DNA of 64,000 nt from Chloroflexota bacterium (lineage in GTDB: Bacteria > Chloroflexota > UBA11872 > VXOZ01), in the NCBI GenBank assembly GCA_965221905.1, contig OZ244922.1:3392001-3456000 (forward strand), given 5' to 3'. Under the pieces are notes generated by a model. That model did no database searches and had not been told where the DNA came from. It saw only the letters and a program-made list of their open reading frames with translations. Shown piece after piece: positions 49,297 through 59,360 of the stretch; position 1 is the stretch's first letter; each line of letters starts with the position of its first letter. The position numbers and the translations under genes were made by a program.

Positions 49297-50875
49297 TCAG
49301 TACCCCTCCGTTTGCAATTCCTGCGGCGGAAGCGCGACCGAAACGGCTGGCGGCGCGCCGCCCTCCACGGTGCGTGTGAGCAGGGCCAGAGCCATCACAT
49401 AATCATCGTGTCCCTGACTGGCGGGCACATGGAAGGCGATCCGATTGCCCGGATGCAATGCCATTCGGCACCGCCGCACCTGCCGCCAGCACTCCCGGTA
49501 CTCCGGCGACCCGTCGTCCGCCCACAGTTGCAGGCGTCCGCCGCCGACCAAGGCGCGCACGTCGTAGCCCAGCGCGCTCTTCGACTGCGCCGTGAAGGTA
49601 AACGGTTCGATGCGGTCGTGGCCCAACCGCGCGCTCAAGAAACGCGCGAGCGCGTCGCCCATGCCGGTGGCGTCTATGCTTGCTCTTTGGACTCGCCACT
49701 CCTCGCCCAGCAGGCGCACGAGGCGCGCGTATTGCTCGGTGGTGGGCATAACCGGTCCACTGGTAGGCGTTTACGATCGCGACCGCGGGCAGGGCAAAGC
49801 CGAGCACCGGGTCGTGCCGCCAGACCCGCTCGCCGATCAAGACCACCGTGCTATCGCGCCGGGACCGACCGGCTTCCCGGTTACCGGCGGCGGTCTCTTC
49901 GCCGGCCACGTCCACGGCTGCGACGTAATGCGCATCCGAGCGGGGTTGCTGCTGCCGGACGTGTGTGCCCTGCAACGCCGCTTGCAACGGCGGCGTGAAG
50001 AAGCCGGTGGCGTCGTCCACCTCTTCCAAGCGGTACTGGGTACGGATGACCAAGTCATCCTCGCCGCGCTGGCGAATCTGCGCCTTTACCGCCGCTCCGT
50101 AGCGCTGGTTTACCTGTGCCCCCACCTGCCACGGAAAGGAGAAGTGCCGCTGCTCGCCGGTGCGTTCCGCATGCACGAGATTCAGCGCCTTGTACTTAGC
50201 AAGCAGCGTGTCTTTCGTCCACGGCGTACCGTAGAGCACGATGGTGGCGTTCTGCGCCGCCGCCATCGGCAGAAACTCTTTGGCGAACTTTTCCTCATCC
50301 ACGTCCTGGGCTTCGTCTACCTCCAGCAGCAAATCGGCGGTAGCGCCGACCACGTTGGACTGCTCGTGCGCCGAGAGGAACATCACGCGCGCGTTGCCTA
50401 CGGTCACCATGCTGCCCTGGGTACGTTTCCAATACGGCGCCAGCCAGGGATGGTCCAGCAGCGATTCGAGGCGCAGGCGGGAGATGAGGGTCTGCGGGGT
50501 CAGCGTGGGGGCGCACTTCACAATCGTGCCACCGCGCCGTTGATAGCGGTACAGGAGATAGGCTTCGAGATGCGCCGAAAGCTCATTCTTGCCCATCTGC
50601 CGCGCCATCTCCACGGTGAAAATAGCCCCTTGCCGCCGCCGCACACTCGCGAGCACCGGCCGCGCCACCGCCAACTGGTAGGACCGCAGCGGACGCCCCA
50701 CAAGCACACGCGAAAAGTGCGCAATGTCGTTGAGGGTATAGCGGAAGAAGGTGCGGGCGATTTCATTCCCGTCTTCCCCGTGCGGGACGGGCGACAAGTG
50801 AGAAGCGCCGGTCTCCGCGTCTCTCTTCTGTGTGTCTGCAACGTTCGTTTTCATTGAATGCTCGTTACTACTCAT
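49297..50875 (-). pseudogene. Terminase large subunit, +1 frameshift at ~49750
   Basis: ARQMGKNE, LEVDEAQD, YGTPW, VDVAG in the first frame; IDATGMG and GHDDYVMALAL nuclease motifs in the second frame. Confidence 0.85.
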
Positions 50876-50924
50876 TCCGGCAGGTCATCGGAGGCGCATG
50901 CGATTCTGCGCCCCGTGTTCCCAT

Positions 50925-51167
50925 CTACTGCCCCGGCACGATGCGCAGGAGGCCGTTGAGGAAAGCGGCGGCAAACGGCGAAGCGAAGATGCCGATCAGG
51001 ATGACGTTGATCTTCGCTTCCAGCCGGGCGTAGTCCTCCCGCGTGTTCTCGGCCAACTCGCGCGTCACCTGACCGAAGGCGCAACCGTGTTGCGCCAGGC
51101 GGTCCGCCAGGTCTTGGTGGCGCGCGTCGTGCTTCCTCGGCGTGTGCGTGTTTGATTCATTCAGCAT
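50925..51167 (-). CDS. Small coiled-coil + single-TM protein (holin/XhlA-like?)
   Basis: EDYARLEAKIN followed by hydrophobic VILIGIFASPFAAAFL. Confidence 0.5.
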   Translation of the reverse strand: MLNESNTHTPRKHDARHQDLADRLAQHGCAFGQVTRELAENTREDYARLEAKINVILIGIFASPFAAAFLNGLLRIVPGQ

Positions 51168-51564
51168 GGTGTTTTTCCTGAGTGCTTTCTTCCTGCTGCT
51201 CCCGCACCTCGATCTCCGCAATCACCTGGCGCATCGCCTCGGTCAGGTTGTCTTCGGCTCGGGGCGAAAGTTGAGCGCGCGCTTTCAGGGCGTTGAGAAG
51301 AATGTCCGTCAGGTCCTTTACCGCCTTGATCTTGTCCGCCGGTGCGCGCTCGTCGTCTTCGGCATTGAGCATCTGGGCTGCGATGCGGCGAATGAGCATG
51401 CGCAGCAGTCCGATCTCGTCCTGGAGCAGCGGATTATCGGCGGTCCGCTCCAACGCCGACAGCTCATGTTCGGCGAAGAGGTCGGCGTAGAGACTTCTAG
51501 GTTGCTTCTTGCGTTGGGTCACTGGGTTGTTTTCCTTTTCGTCATGGCTATGCGCTTCGTGCAT
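51157..51564 (-). CDS. Putative terminase small subunit
   Basis: SLYA..F, LQDEIGLLRMLIRR helical motif, upstream of terL. Confidence 0.55.
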   Translation of the reverse strand: MHEAHSHDEKENNPVTQRKKQPRSLYADLFAEHELSALERTADNPLLQDEIGLLRMLIRRIAAQMLNAEDDERAPADKIKAVKDLTDILLNALKARAQLSPRAEDNLTEAMRQVIAEIEVREQQEESTQEKHHAE

Positions 51565-51781
51565 GGCAGGAATAGTGTTCTGTGCAGTGCCTTTCCCGCC
51601 GTTCCTCCTGTTTTTGGTCGGCGCGCCGTAGAGTTACAGCGGGGACACCTCGCGGCATGGCGCGGCCTTTGCCAAGCGTTACAGGGAGGGCATCGATGGC
51701 ACTGTGTGGTACTCGTCCATAGTTTTGGGGCTGCATAAAGGTACATTCAAAAATAATATAAAACTTAAGGGGTAAAAGGGG

Positions 51782-51810
51782 TTGTATTTTTACTAAATAT
51801 TTACTATACT
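51782..51810 (+). promoter_or_regulatory. Sigma70-type promoter towards lexA/sigma
   Basis: TTGTAT-N17-TATACT in an AT-rich island; TAAATATTTA palindrome in the spacer. Confidence 0.65.
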
Positions 51811-52309
51811 GGGAAAAACACGGTGCAGAGTATGAGAACACAGGAGGTTTAGCAGGTGCCGTGGCTGTGCGAACAGACTGGATCGCTGCGCCAACAGACT
51901 GGATTGGCACTGACGAAGAGGGGTCTTTTGATTACTTGGCCGGCGCCAATTTTACCGTTCGCCCTGAGCCTGTCGAAGGGTGAACGGATGTGCTGAGCAC
52001 AGGTGGTGTTCCTTTACCGTTCGCCCTGAGCCTGTCGAAGGGTGAACGGATGTGGCACTGAGAGAACCGCAGTACATGCGCACACTGTCGTTCATACTTC
52101 GACCCTTCGACAGGCTCAGGGCAGGCAGGCTCAGCACGAACGGTTTTCACAGACTGCACAAACACCCAAGAAGAGAAAGAAAGCGCCGGGTTGCGGTTTA
52201 CGAATGGGTCTTCATTTAAGCAGCAAGCACGGCGACAGACCCTGCACGCAAGAAGCCCGGTGGCAGATTTACCGCTTAGTAGCGTCTAGCGACGGAGAGG
52301 AAGGCGCAC

Positions 52310-52948
52310 ATGAAAGAAACACCTATGGGTAAGAAACTTACCAGTAAGCTGCTTACCCATAAGCAACGGCAGGTGCTGACGTTTCTCACGCGCGTACAGC
52401 AAGAGGGACGCTGGCCCACCTTGGAAGAGATTGCCCGGTGCATCGGCGCGCGCTCACCGGCGGCGGCGCACCACCATCTGAAGCGCTTGGAAATCAAAGG
52501 GCACCTGCGCCGCACGGCCTGGGGCACCTACGAGCTTACGCCCCAGGTGCAGATGTTGGAGGGCTTGGGAGTAGCGCGCGTACCGGTGCGCGGCACGATT
52601 GCCGCCGGTACCGGCGTGGAGGCGGTGGAGGCAGTGGAAGACTGGCTCACCGTGGATAGCGTCTTCGCGCGTCATCCCGATGTCTACGCGCTGCGCGTGC
52701 AGGGCGACAGCATGGTGGATGCCTGCGTCTGCAACGGCGACCACGTGCTCATTCGCCCCCAGCCCGCTGCGGAGAACGGCGAGATGGTGGCGGCCTTGCG
52801 CGAAGACGGCACCGCCACGCTGAAGTACCTCCGCCGCGACGACGGGCAAGTATTCCTTGTACCCGCCAACCCGTATTACCCTACGCTCCCCGGCAACAAC
52901 ATCACCATTCTCGGCAAGGTGGTCGGCGTGATCCGCGTATTCGCATGA
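52310..52948 (+). CDS. lexA: LexA-family repressor (probable paralog)
   Basis: wHTH PTLEEIA, IAAG cleavage site, GDSM (Ser), TLK (Lys). Confidence 0.85.
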   Translation: MKETPMGKKLTSKLLTHKQRQVLTFLTRVQQEGRWPTLEEIARCIGARSPAAAHHHLKRLEIKGHLRRTAWGTYELTPQVQMLEGLGVARVPVRGTIAAGTGVEAVEAVEDWLTVDSVFARHPDVYALRVQGDSMVDACVCNGDHVLIRPQPAAENGEMVAALREDGTATLKYLRRDDGQVFLVPANPYYPTLPGNNITILGKVVGVIRVFA

Positions 52949-53060
52949 GAACTGTAGGGGCGCTTGCTGTAGGGGCGCTTCGCGAAGCGCCCCTACGTAA
53001 AAAACGACCCAACGTTACATACCAGATACCGTTCCAGCTAACGAAGGAGAGGAAAGAGCA

Positions 53061-53729
53061 ATGGCAGCAACAATGCCCTTAATGAATGCGACGCCGTTGG
53101 CGAAAGCAACGCCTGTGGCGAAAGAGCCGACGCCCGCACGGCCGCCTGACGAACTGCTCGTCACGGTGCAGGCGGCAAAGCAGGGCAATACCACCGCCCA
53201 GATGCTGCTCATGGACCGCTTGCGCCTGCCGATGGAGCGTCAGATACGGCGTCTCAGGCGGAGCTTCCGGCCTTCGGAGGCTGAAGACGCCCGCCAAGAG
53301 GTGCAGCGCCTCTTTCTGGAGCTGCTCTACGAGTATGACTATACGCGCAACGGCAACTTCGAAGCCTACATGTGCACCATGCTCAAGTGGCGCGTACACA
53401 ACTTCGGCCGCACCTCCCGGCGTACTGCGCCGCCGGACCCCGCCCATAATCAGTCGCTCAGCAATGAGATTACGGCCTATCTCGCCGAGCAGCGCTTGCG
53501 CGCAGGCACGCCCACGGCGGAACCGGCAGTCCACGTCGAGCTCGATCAAGCCCTGCGGATGCTCACGCCCAAGCAGAAGACGGTGCTCTACGCGATCTAC
53601 TGGCAAGACCGTCGTGTGGTGGACATCGCCGCGCGCATGGGCGTAAGCCCGCAAGCTGTGCGCGCTATCCGCCAACGGGCGGAAAAAATCCTCCGCCAGC
53701 GCCTGGAAGCCTCCGGCGCCGCGCCTTAG
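53061..53729 (+). CDS. Sigma-70 family (region 2 + 4) alternative sigma factor
   Basis: AKQGN..A...L, EDARQE, YDYTR.GNFEAY, IAARMGVSPQAV. Confidence 0.85.
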   Translation: MAATMPLMNATPLAKATPVAKEPTPARPPDELLVTVQAAKQGNTTAQMLLMDRLRLPMERQIRRLRRSFRPSEAEDARQEVQRLFLELLYEYDYTRNGNFEAYMCTMLKWRVHNFGRTSRRTAPPDPAHNQSLSNEITAYLAEQRLRAGTPTAEPAVHVELDQALRMLTPKQKTVLYAIYWQDRRVVDIAARMGVSPQAVRAIRQRAEKILRQRLEASGAAP

Positions 53730-54021
53730 ACCGATTCACAGTCACGGACGCCGCAACACAGCTAACAATCTGGTGAAGGAGCGTGAACGCATAGCGAACC
53801 GAGGACACAGTACCGCGCCTAAAGTGGCTGAGAGCAGGCTCGTACTGCGGACAATCTAAAACAGAAAACCAATCTGCTCGACACGACAGACAATATTGTG
53901 TAACATCCTCCCAAACCAGTATGAACTGCGACATCTACTCAAATTATGACGCCGTGTAGGATGCGCCTTCGCGCCCACCACCGACGGTAGTCGCAACGTT
54001 ACCAAGAAACGATACAATGGC

Positions 54022-54780
54022 ATGCAGGGGAAGGAGCAACGCATGACCGCAACTACCGTGCTAAATGTATCTGAAGAGCGGACACGAACCAAGAAGCCAC
54101 ATCGCATGGTGCAAAACGGTTTGCCAACCAATGAGCTTGTATTCAGCGCCCATGTTGGGGGAAATGAGGACATTTTCCCGCAGATTCTATCCCTATACGT
54201 ACCGAAGTCGAGCGTCATTGCAGATGTAACGTATGGCGAGGGCGTATTTTGGCGCAACATTCCTGAAAATCAATATAAAGTTCTCGGCACTGACATTCAG
54301 AATGGAGTCGATTGCCGCGAATTGCCCTATCCTGACGGTGAGATCGATTGCGTAGTTCTTGACCCACCGTATATGCATTCCCCAGGCGGCACTGCCCATC
54401 GCAGCCAAAGCGCGTTCGAGAAGCACTATCGAAATAACGGAACAGGCAATAGAACTACAAAGAAGTACCATGATGCAGTATTGGCACTGTATGAAGAGGC
54501 CGGTGTAGAGGCTCACAGAATTCTTCGAGATCGAGGAGTCTTTATCGTCAAGTGCCAAGATGAAGTGTGCTCCAATCGTCAACACTTCACTCATGTAGAG
54601 ATCATGCAGTCGTACATTGGACTAGGCTTCGTCGCGGAAGATATGTTCGTCGTAGTAAGAAACAACCGACCCGGTGTGAGTCGTACTGTCAGGCAAGTCC
54701 ACGCGAGAAAGAATCATTCCTATTTCCTTGTATTTTGGAAACAAGGTGCTACTGGAAAGATTTGGGAGCCCCCCAAGTGA
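54022..54780 (+). CDS. N6-A/N4-C DNA methyltransferase
   Basis: DVTYGEG (SAM-binding), VLDPPY catalytic motif. Confidence 0.85.
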   Translation: MQGKEQRMTATTVLNVSEERTRTKKPHRMVQNGLPTNELVFSAHVGGNEDIFPQILSLYVPKSSVIADVTYGEGVFWRNIPENQYKVLGTDIQNGVDCRELPYPDGEIDCVVLDPPYMHSPGGTAHRSQSAFEKHYRNNGTGNRTTKKYHDAVLALYEEAGVEAHRILRDRGVFIVKCQDEVCSNRQHFTHVEIMQSYIGLGFVAEDMFVVVRNNRPGVSRTVRQVHARKNHSYFLVFWKQGATGKIWEPPK

Positions 54781-55280
54781 ACGCCGTGGGCTTGTTGGTC
54801 ACCATCATTCGAGAACACGCGCCAAAAGACATCTGGCAAGACTCTCCGCTTATAGGCTATCGAATGCTAGGCAATACGAATAGAGGCGAAATAGGTGAGA
54901 CGTTTATTCGGCGTTACTTGGAACTGAACAATATCCCGGTTGGAAACGGAAGTCGAACATCCCAGACCGATCTCCGCATTGGAACTTTGCAATTCGAAGT
55001 CAAAACAGCATCACTTGGAGCGAACCGTACATTTCAATTCAATCATGTTCGCTTGGATCGAGGCTATGACTACCTCCTCTGCCTAGGAATCTGTCCCCAT
55101 CACGTCGTGTTCAATATGTGGCGCAAAGGCGCGGTTGCTGAAAACCGGGCGGGAACACTGGTCCGAATGGCAGAAGGCCAAGCTGTGACGTACAAACTTA
55201 CCAAGAAACTCGACGGCATGGTAGATATCGCCAAGTTACCAGGATTGGTGAGAACCAGCCTCGACGCTGAGCAAAATTGA
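54777..55280 (+). CDS. Putative PD-(D/E)XK restriction endonuclease
   Basis: GEIGE, TDL......EVKTAS; GTG overlaps the MTase stop. Confidence 0.65.
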   Translation: MNAVGLLVTIIREHAPKDIWQDSPLIGYRMLGNTNRGEIGETFIRRYLELNNIPVGNGSRTSQTDLRIGTLQFEVKTASLGANRTFQFNHVRLDRGYDYLLCLGICPHHVVFNMWRKGAVAENRAGTLVRMAEGQAVTYKLTKKLDGMVDIAKLPGLVRTSLDAEQN

Positions 55281-55483
55281 ATGATCGTGAGTCTCGCCAA
55301 GGTGATTTTGGCTGCGCTGTTACGTCACACCACCATCCGAAGTATACGGAGATGGAGCAGAGAATCAGAGGCGTAACTTGGGAATCCTCCCGTGATTCCG
55401 AATACGATTCCTTGCTTCTTCTCAAGCAAGGAATACGCCCTCGTGCTACCGATGGTTGGAGCTGACCTGACCTGTATCGCCTA

Positions 55484-56659
55484 TTAAGAGAAAATCGCCT
55501 CAGCAGCGGCTTTGCCGGAATCTGCATCCACGGTGCAGCCTTGGGCGGTCAGGATTTGCGCAAAGGCATCCAGGAACGTGTGCACGTTCTCCGGTCGCGC
55601 CGCGTAGCCCATCAGGCCGATGCGCCAGATCTGGCCCATCAACGGTCCCAGTCCGCCCGCGATTTCGATACCGTGATCAGCCAGGAGGGCTTTACGCACG
55701 TCCAGGTCGGCGGCCCCATCGGGGATTCTGACCGTCGTCAGCATCGGCAGGCGGTGACCCGCCGCCGCGACCAGCGAGAGACCCATGGCCTCGAGACCGG
55801 CCTTCAGCGCGTCGCCGCATTGTTGGTGGCGCGCAAAGCGGTTCTCTATACCTTCCTCGTCCATCAGGTCCAGCGCCGATTTCAGTCCGTAGACCAGCGT
55901 GCTGGAGCAGGTGTGGTGGTAGAAGCCCTGCGCCGACCAGTATTGATGCAAGGCCTCGACATCGTGGTACCAGGTCGGCAGCGCAGCAGCACGCTCGGCC
56001 AGGCGCTCACGTGCGCGGGCGCTGAACGTGAGCGGCGCGAGACCCGATATGGTACCGACGCACTTCTGGCTGGCGCTATAGGCGGCATCCACGCCCCAGG
56101 CATCGACCATCACCGGCAGTCCGCCCAGCGTGGTCACCGCATCCATGAGCACCAACGCGCCGTGCGCGTGCGCGGCGGCGGCAATCTCCTCGATCGGCTG
56201 GCGCACGCCGGTGGACGTTTCCCCATGCACGATGCCGACGACCTTGATCGACGGGTTGTCCTGCAGGGCGTTTTCCACGTCGGCGGCGGCAACCGGCTCA
56301 CCCCACGTCGCAGTGACCTCCACCACCTCCGCTCCAAAACGTTTGGCGAAGTCTGCCATGCGCATGCCGAAAAACCCGTTCACGCCCACGAGCATTGTGT
56401 CTCCCGGCTCAATGAGATTCGCCAGGCACGACTCCATGCCGGAGAATCCGGTGCCGGTTACGGCGAGTGTGAGTTCATTCTCTGTGCCGAAGAGGCCTCG
56501 CAACTGCCCGGCGGTCTCCACCAAGATCTCCTGAAAGACCGGGTCCAGGTGCCCCAGCACCGGCTGCTGGAGCGATTCCATGATCTGCGGATGCACATTG
56601 GCCGGCCCCGGGCCGAGGAGCAGGCGGTTGGGTAGCGTTCGTTGCGCCAAGGTTGCCAT
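55484..56659 (-). CDS. Alanine/serine-glyoxylate aminotransferase (class V PLP)
   Basis: LLGPGP, VHGETSTG, DAV, SASQKC, WRIGLMG. Confidence 0.92.
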   Translation of the reverse strand: MATLAQRTLPNRLLLGPGPANVHPQIMESLQQPVLGHLDPVFQEILVETAGQLRGLFGTENELTLAVTGTGFSGMESCLANLIEPGDTMLVGVNGFFGMRMADFAKRFGAEVVEVTATWGEPVAAADVENALQDNPSIKVVGIVHGETSTGVRQPIEEIAAAAHAHGALVLMDAVTTLGGLPVMVDAWGVDAAYSASQKCVGTISGLAPLTFSARARERLAERAAALPTWYHDVEALHQYWSAQGFYHHTCSSTLVYGLKSALDLMDEEGIENRFARHQQCGDALKAGLEAMGLSLVAAAGHRLPMLTTVRIPDGAADLDVRKALLADHGIEIAGGLGPLMGQIWRIGLMGYAARPENVHTFLDAFAQILTAQGCTVDADSGKAAAEAIFS

Positions 56660-56958
56660 TGGATTCTGTCCTTCCCTTCATTTTGGTCTGCAGTATTCTA
56701 TGCGGTTCGCACCAAAGATATAGTAGCCTAAATCCCTTTACAAGCCCTTAACTCCCAACGTGCAATTCTGCCAAACAAGCCCTAAGACTGACGGTAGAAC
56801 TGTAGGGGCACGACATGTCGTGCCCCTACTCCGTAGCCCTTGCAAGAGAGGGAGAATATCCCTCGGCCCGTATCAAATAACGGGCAGCTCTAACCCTCAA
56901 CCACTGGAGACCCTTGTGAAACTTTCGCCAGAGGCTCCGTTATTACTCCCTCTCCCTG

Positions 56959-57172
56959 GAGGCTGTCTCATAATTGCCCTTACCGAGGTATACTGCCGTG
57001 CAGAGAAGCTAAGTGAGGTCTTGAGATAGACTTGTGTTGCTTTCTGGGCGTCGCATCAAGCCTTCAAAATACCGTTTCCATCACTTTTACCACTCTGTCA
57101 ATACAATCCGCCACTTGGCTGCGTTCCTCATTTGACCTATCGTGCTCTGTAGCGGAATTATGAGACACCCTC
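56959..57172. mobile_element. MITE-like element with 17-bp TIRs, inserted in a CCCTCTCCC..GGGAGA palindrome (family F)
   Basis: GAGGCTGTCTCATAATT / AATTATGAGACACCCTC (16/17 match). Confidence 0.65.
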
Positions 57173-57510
57173 ACTGAGGGAGAAGGCCGGGGTGAGGGGT
57201 TTCTTGCTTATCCGGTTCCCACGCCCTGCGGAACCCGTGCGAAACCTCTTCCCCTTTGACGGGTGAAGGTCGGGATGGGGGTGAAAACGGCTTCGCGGCA
57301 AGTTTCCGCACACTTCCCATCCCCCTGGTTTCCGGCCCCGTATCGAGTACGGGGCCGGCTTTTCGCCGGAATAACGGACTTTCGCAAATATCTCCTCAAT
57401 GGAGGTGGGAGACTCTATCGCTTTGGCGAGGACTTCGCAAAGTTCGCCACAGGGAGAGGGGACGATTGTTTCCTCCGGAGAGTTGAGCTATCGTCCCATA
57501 AACGTGATTG

Positions 57511-58095
57511 TTACTCTTCCTCCAAGGCTCCCGCGCGTCTCAGGATAGTCCAATAGGCATGGTCTGCCAGATGCACAATCGTGTTCTCCAGGCTGCGCTC
57601 CACGTTCTCGCCCTCGGCGGAGTGCGCGCCGGCCGTATGCACAATGGCTTCCGGCAGACCCACCGTAAGCGCCACGTGCACACCATAGGCCGGATGGCGC
57701 ACCGAGGGGTAGCCCACTTTCGCGGGATCAGCGCGCCAGCGGGCCTGATTGGCCGGACTAAACTCAAACGGCTTGCCGAGATCGTGGCAGAGCGCGGCGG
57801 CGCACAACAGGTCGCGGTCGATGCCCACCGGCCCCACCACCTGCTCCAGGGCATCGGCCATCGCCAAGGCAATGCGCGCCACGCCGCGCAGGTGCTCTGC
57901 TTGGGTACCCACCTTCATGGCGGGCGTCGTCGGATTGCCGGACGCGCGCATTTGTTCAATAGCCGTGAATTCGGTCTCGGACAGAGCGAATGCCCACGCT
58001 TCTACCACCTTTTCCCGCAGGGTTTCATCGGATATGTCGGCCAACTCCGGAAAACTCTGGCGCACGCTCTCCCGCAATTCTTCCTTACTCGCCAT
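57511..58095 (-). CDS. HD-domain phosphohydrolase
   Basis: EH.RGV, CHDLGK, RHPAYG, HLAD. Confidence 0.85.
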   Translation of the reverse strand: MASKEELRESVRQSFPELADISDETLREKVVEAWAFALSETEFTAIEQMRASGNPTTPAMKVGTQAEHLRGVARIALAMADALEQVVGPVGIDRDLLCAAALCHDLGKPFEFSPANQARWRADPAKVGYPSVRHPAYGVHVALTVGLPEAIVHTAGAHSAEGENVERSLENTIVHLADHAYWTILRRAGALEEE

Positions 58096-58382
58096 GCTAT
58101 TGCTCCTTTAGTGGAAGTTTCTTGCATGAACCGGCAAAGGTTTAAGCAATGAGGACGAGATTAGTGGGTCCACCCTCATGTTTGTGTCTTTCCTTCCCAA
58201 GAGAAGATTTACCCGTAGGGGCACGACATGTCGTGCCCCTACACCCGTATGCCCTTGGAAAAGTCATCACCCTCGCCCGAACCCTTTTTCACCTGGCTAG
58301 GGAATTAACCGCAATTGACCGTGACCGTGCCAGGGACTCCAGAGTGTGACGAGAACCTGCCTGCAGCACCGAACCCACCGGC

Positions 58383-59360
58383 TTAGTTATGTACCACTGC
58401 GCCGTTCCGGTAACTTAGCCAGAGGCGCACCAGATGACGCCGCTTTTCCGGTTCCGGAAAGTCCTCGAAAGAGGTGCGGTTGTGCAGCAGCCAGTGGTTG
58501 CTGGTGAAAAGCATCTGGCCGGGCTCCAGCAGCAGCTCCACATGGAGGTCCTGGCGGCGCAGCGTGTCTTCCACCGCCTCCAGCGCCCGCGCCTGGGCCG
58601 GGCTGAACGATTCTTCCATCCGCTCTTGACCGACTTGGATGTAGTAGTACAGGTACCGAATATGCAAGCCCTGCGCGTCCCAGCGAAAGATCGGCGCTTC
58701 GAAGACCGGCTTCTCGCCCTCTTTGAACTGGCCCCGCCGGTCGAAGTAGAAGGGCTCGTAGAGGGTTGCAACTTCCTGCGGGTACCGGGTGAGCAATTCG
58801 TTATGGAGCGTATACGCGCTCAGGAACTGGCTCCTGCCGCCGGACTTCGCTCCCTGCAAGCTGAGCAACCCCAGGATATCGGGAATTGGATCGCCGAAGC
58901 AGTGGTCCATGTGGAAGCTGCTCTCCACGTTGCTCACGGAGAAGCGCGCCCCTTTCGTCGGGTCTTGGCCGGTATCGCGCACGTCATAGAGCAACGTACC
59001 TTTCACGTCCTGGGCAAAGGGCACGCCGAGGAGCTGGCCGATCACCCAGTAGACCATCTGCGCTTCGTCACGGGTGTAGCGCTCGAACGACAGCCGCTCG
59101 ACGATGGCGAAACCTCGCCCTCTTTCCAACGCGTCGAGCGCACCTTCCAGAACTGCGGCACAGGCAGGAAAGTCCGCGCTTTCCACGCGCGTCCCCGTAA
59201 TTGGCTGAGACTGGCGGCGCCATTGGGCCAGAAAGCTGTCTAGCTCCACAAAGCATTCCGGTGTCAACGCATAGCGCCACGACTCACCCGAATCGATCGT
59301 TTGCGCGGTCCACGCCCGCTGATCGGCAATAATTTCTGACAGAATCTGCGTGCCGGCCAT
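58383..59360 (-). CDS. TauD/TfdA Fe(II)/2-OG dioxygenase
   Basis: FHMD (HxD), LHNR, RHLVRLWL. Confidence 0.9.
   Translation of the reverse strand: MAGTQILSEIIADQRAWTAQTIDSGESWRYALTPECFVELDSFLAQWRRQSQPITGTRVESADFPACAAVLEGALDALERGRGFAIVERLSFERYTRDEAQMVYWVIGQLLGVPFAQDVKGTLLYDVRDTGQDPTKGARFSVSNVESSFHMDHCFGDPIPDILGLLSLQGAKSGGRSQFLSAYTLHNELLTRYPQEVATLYEPFYFDRRGQFKEGEKPVFEAPIFRWDAQGLHIRYLYYYIQVGQERMEESFSPAQARALEAVEDTLRRQDLHVELLLEPGQMLFTSNHWLLHNRTSFEDFPEPEKRRHLVRLWLSYRNGAVVHN

Noticed and set aside
49592-50857. Long antisense ORFs (also 55541-56635, 48186-49076, 58434-59243, 37916-38647)
   Set aside because: Shadow frames of real genes in high-GC DNA, with no recognisable motifs
38909-51564. Intact prophage, phage satellite, contractile injection system or encapsulin
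   Set aside because: No integrase, primase or replication genes and no sheath; terminase and portal argue against an encapsulin. A heavily deleted prophage remains a valid alternative to the GTA idea
51565-52309. Canonical GAAC-N4-GTTC SOS box; small ORF after AGGAGG at 51842
   Set aside because: No matching box found by eye; the short ORF runs into a REP and has no recognisable homology
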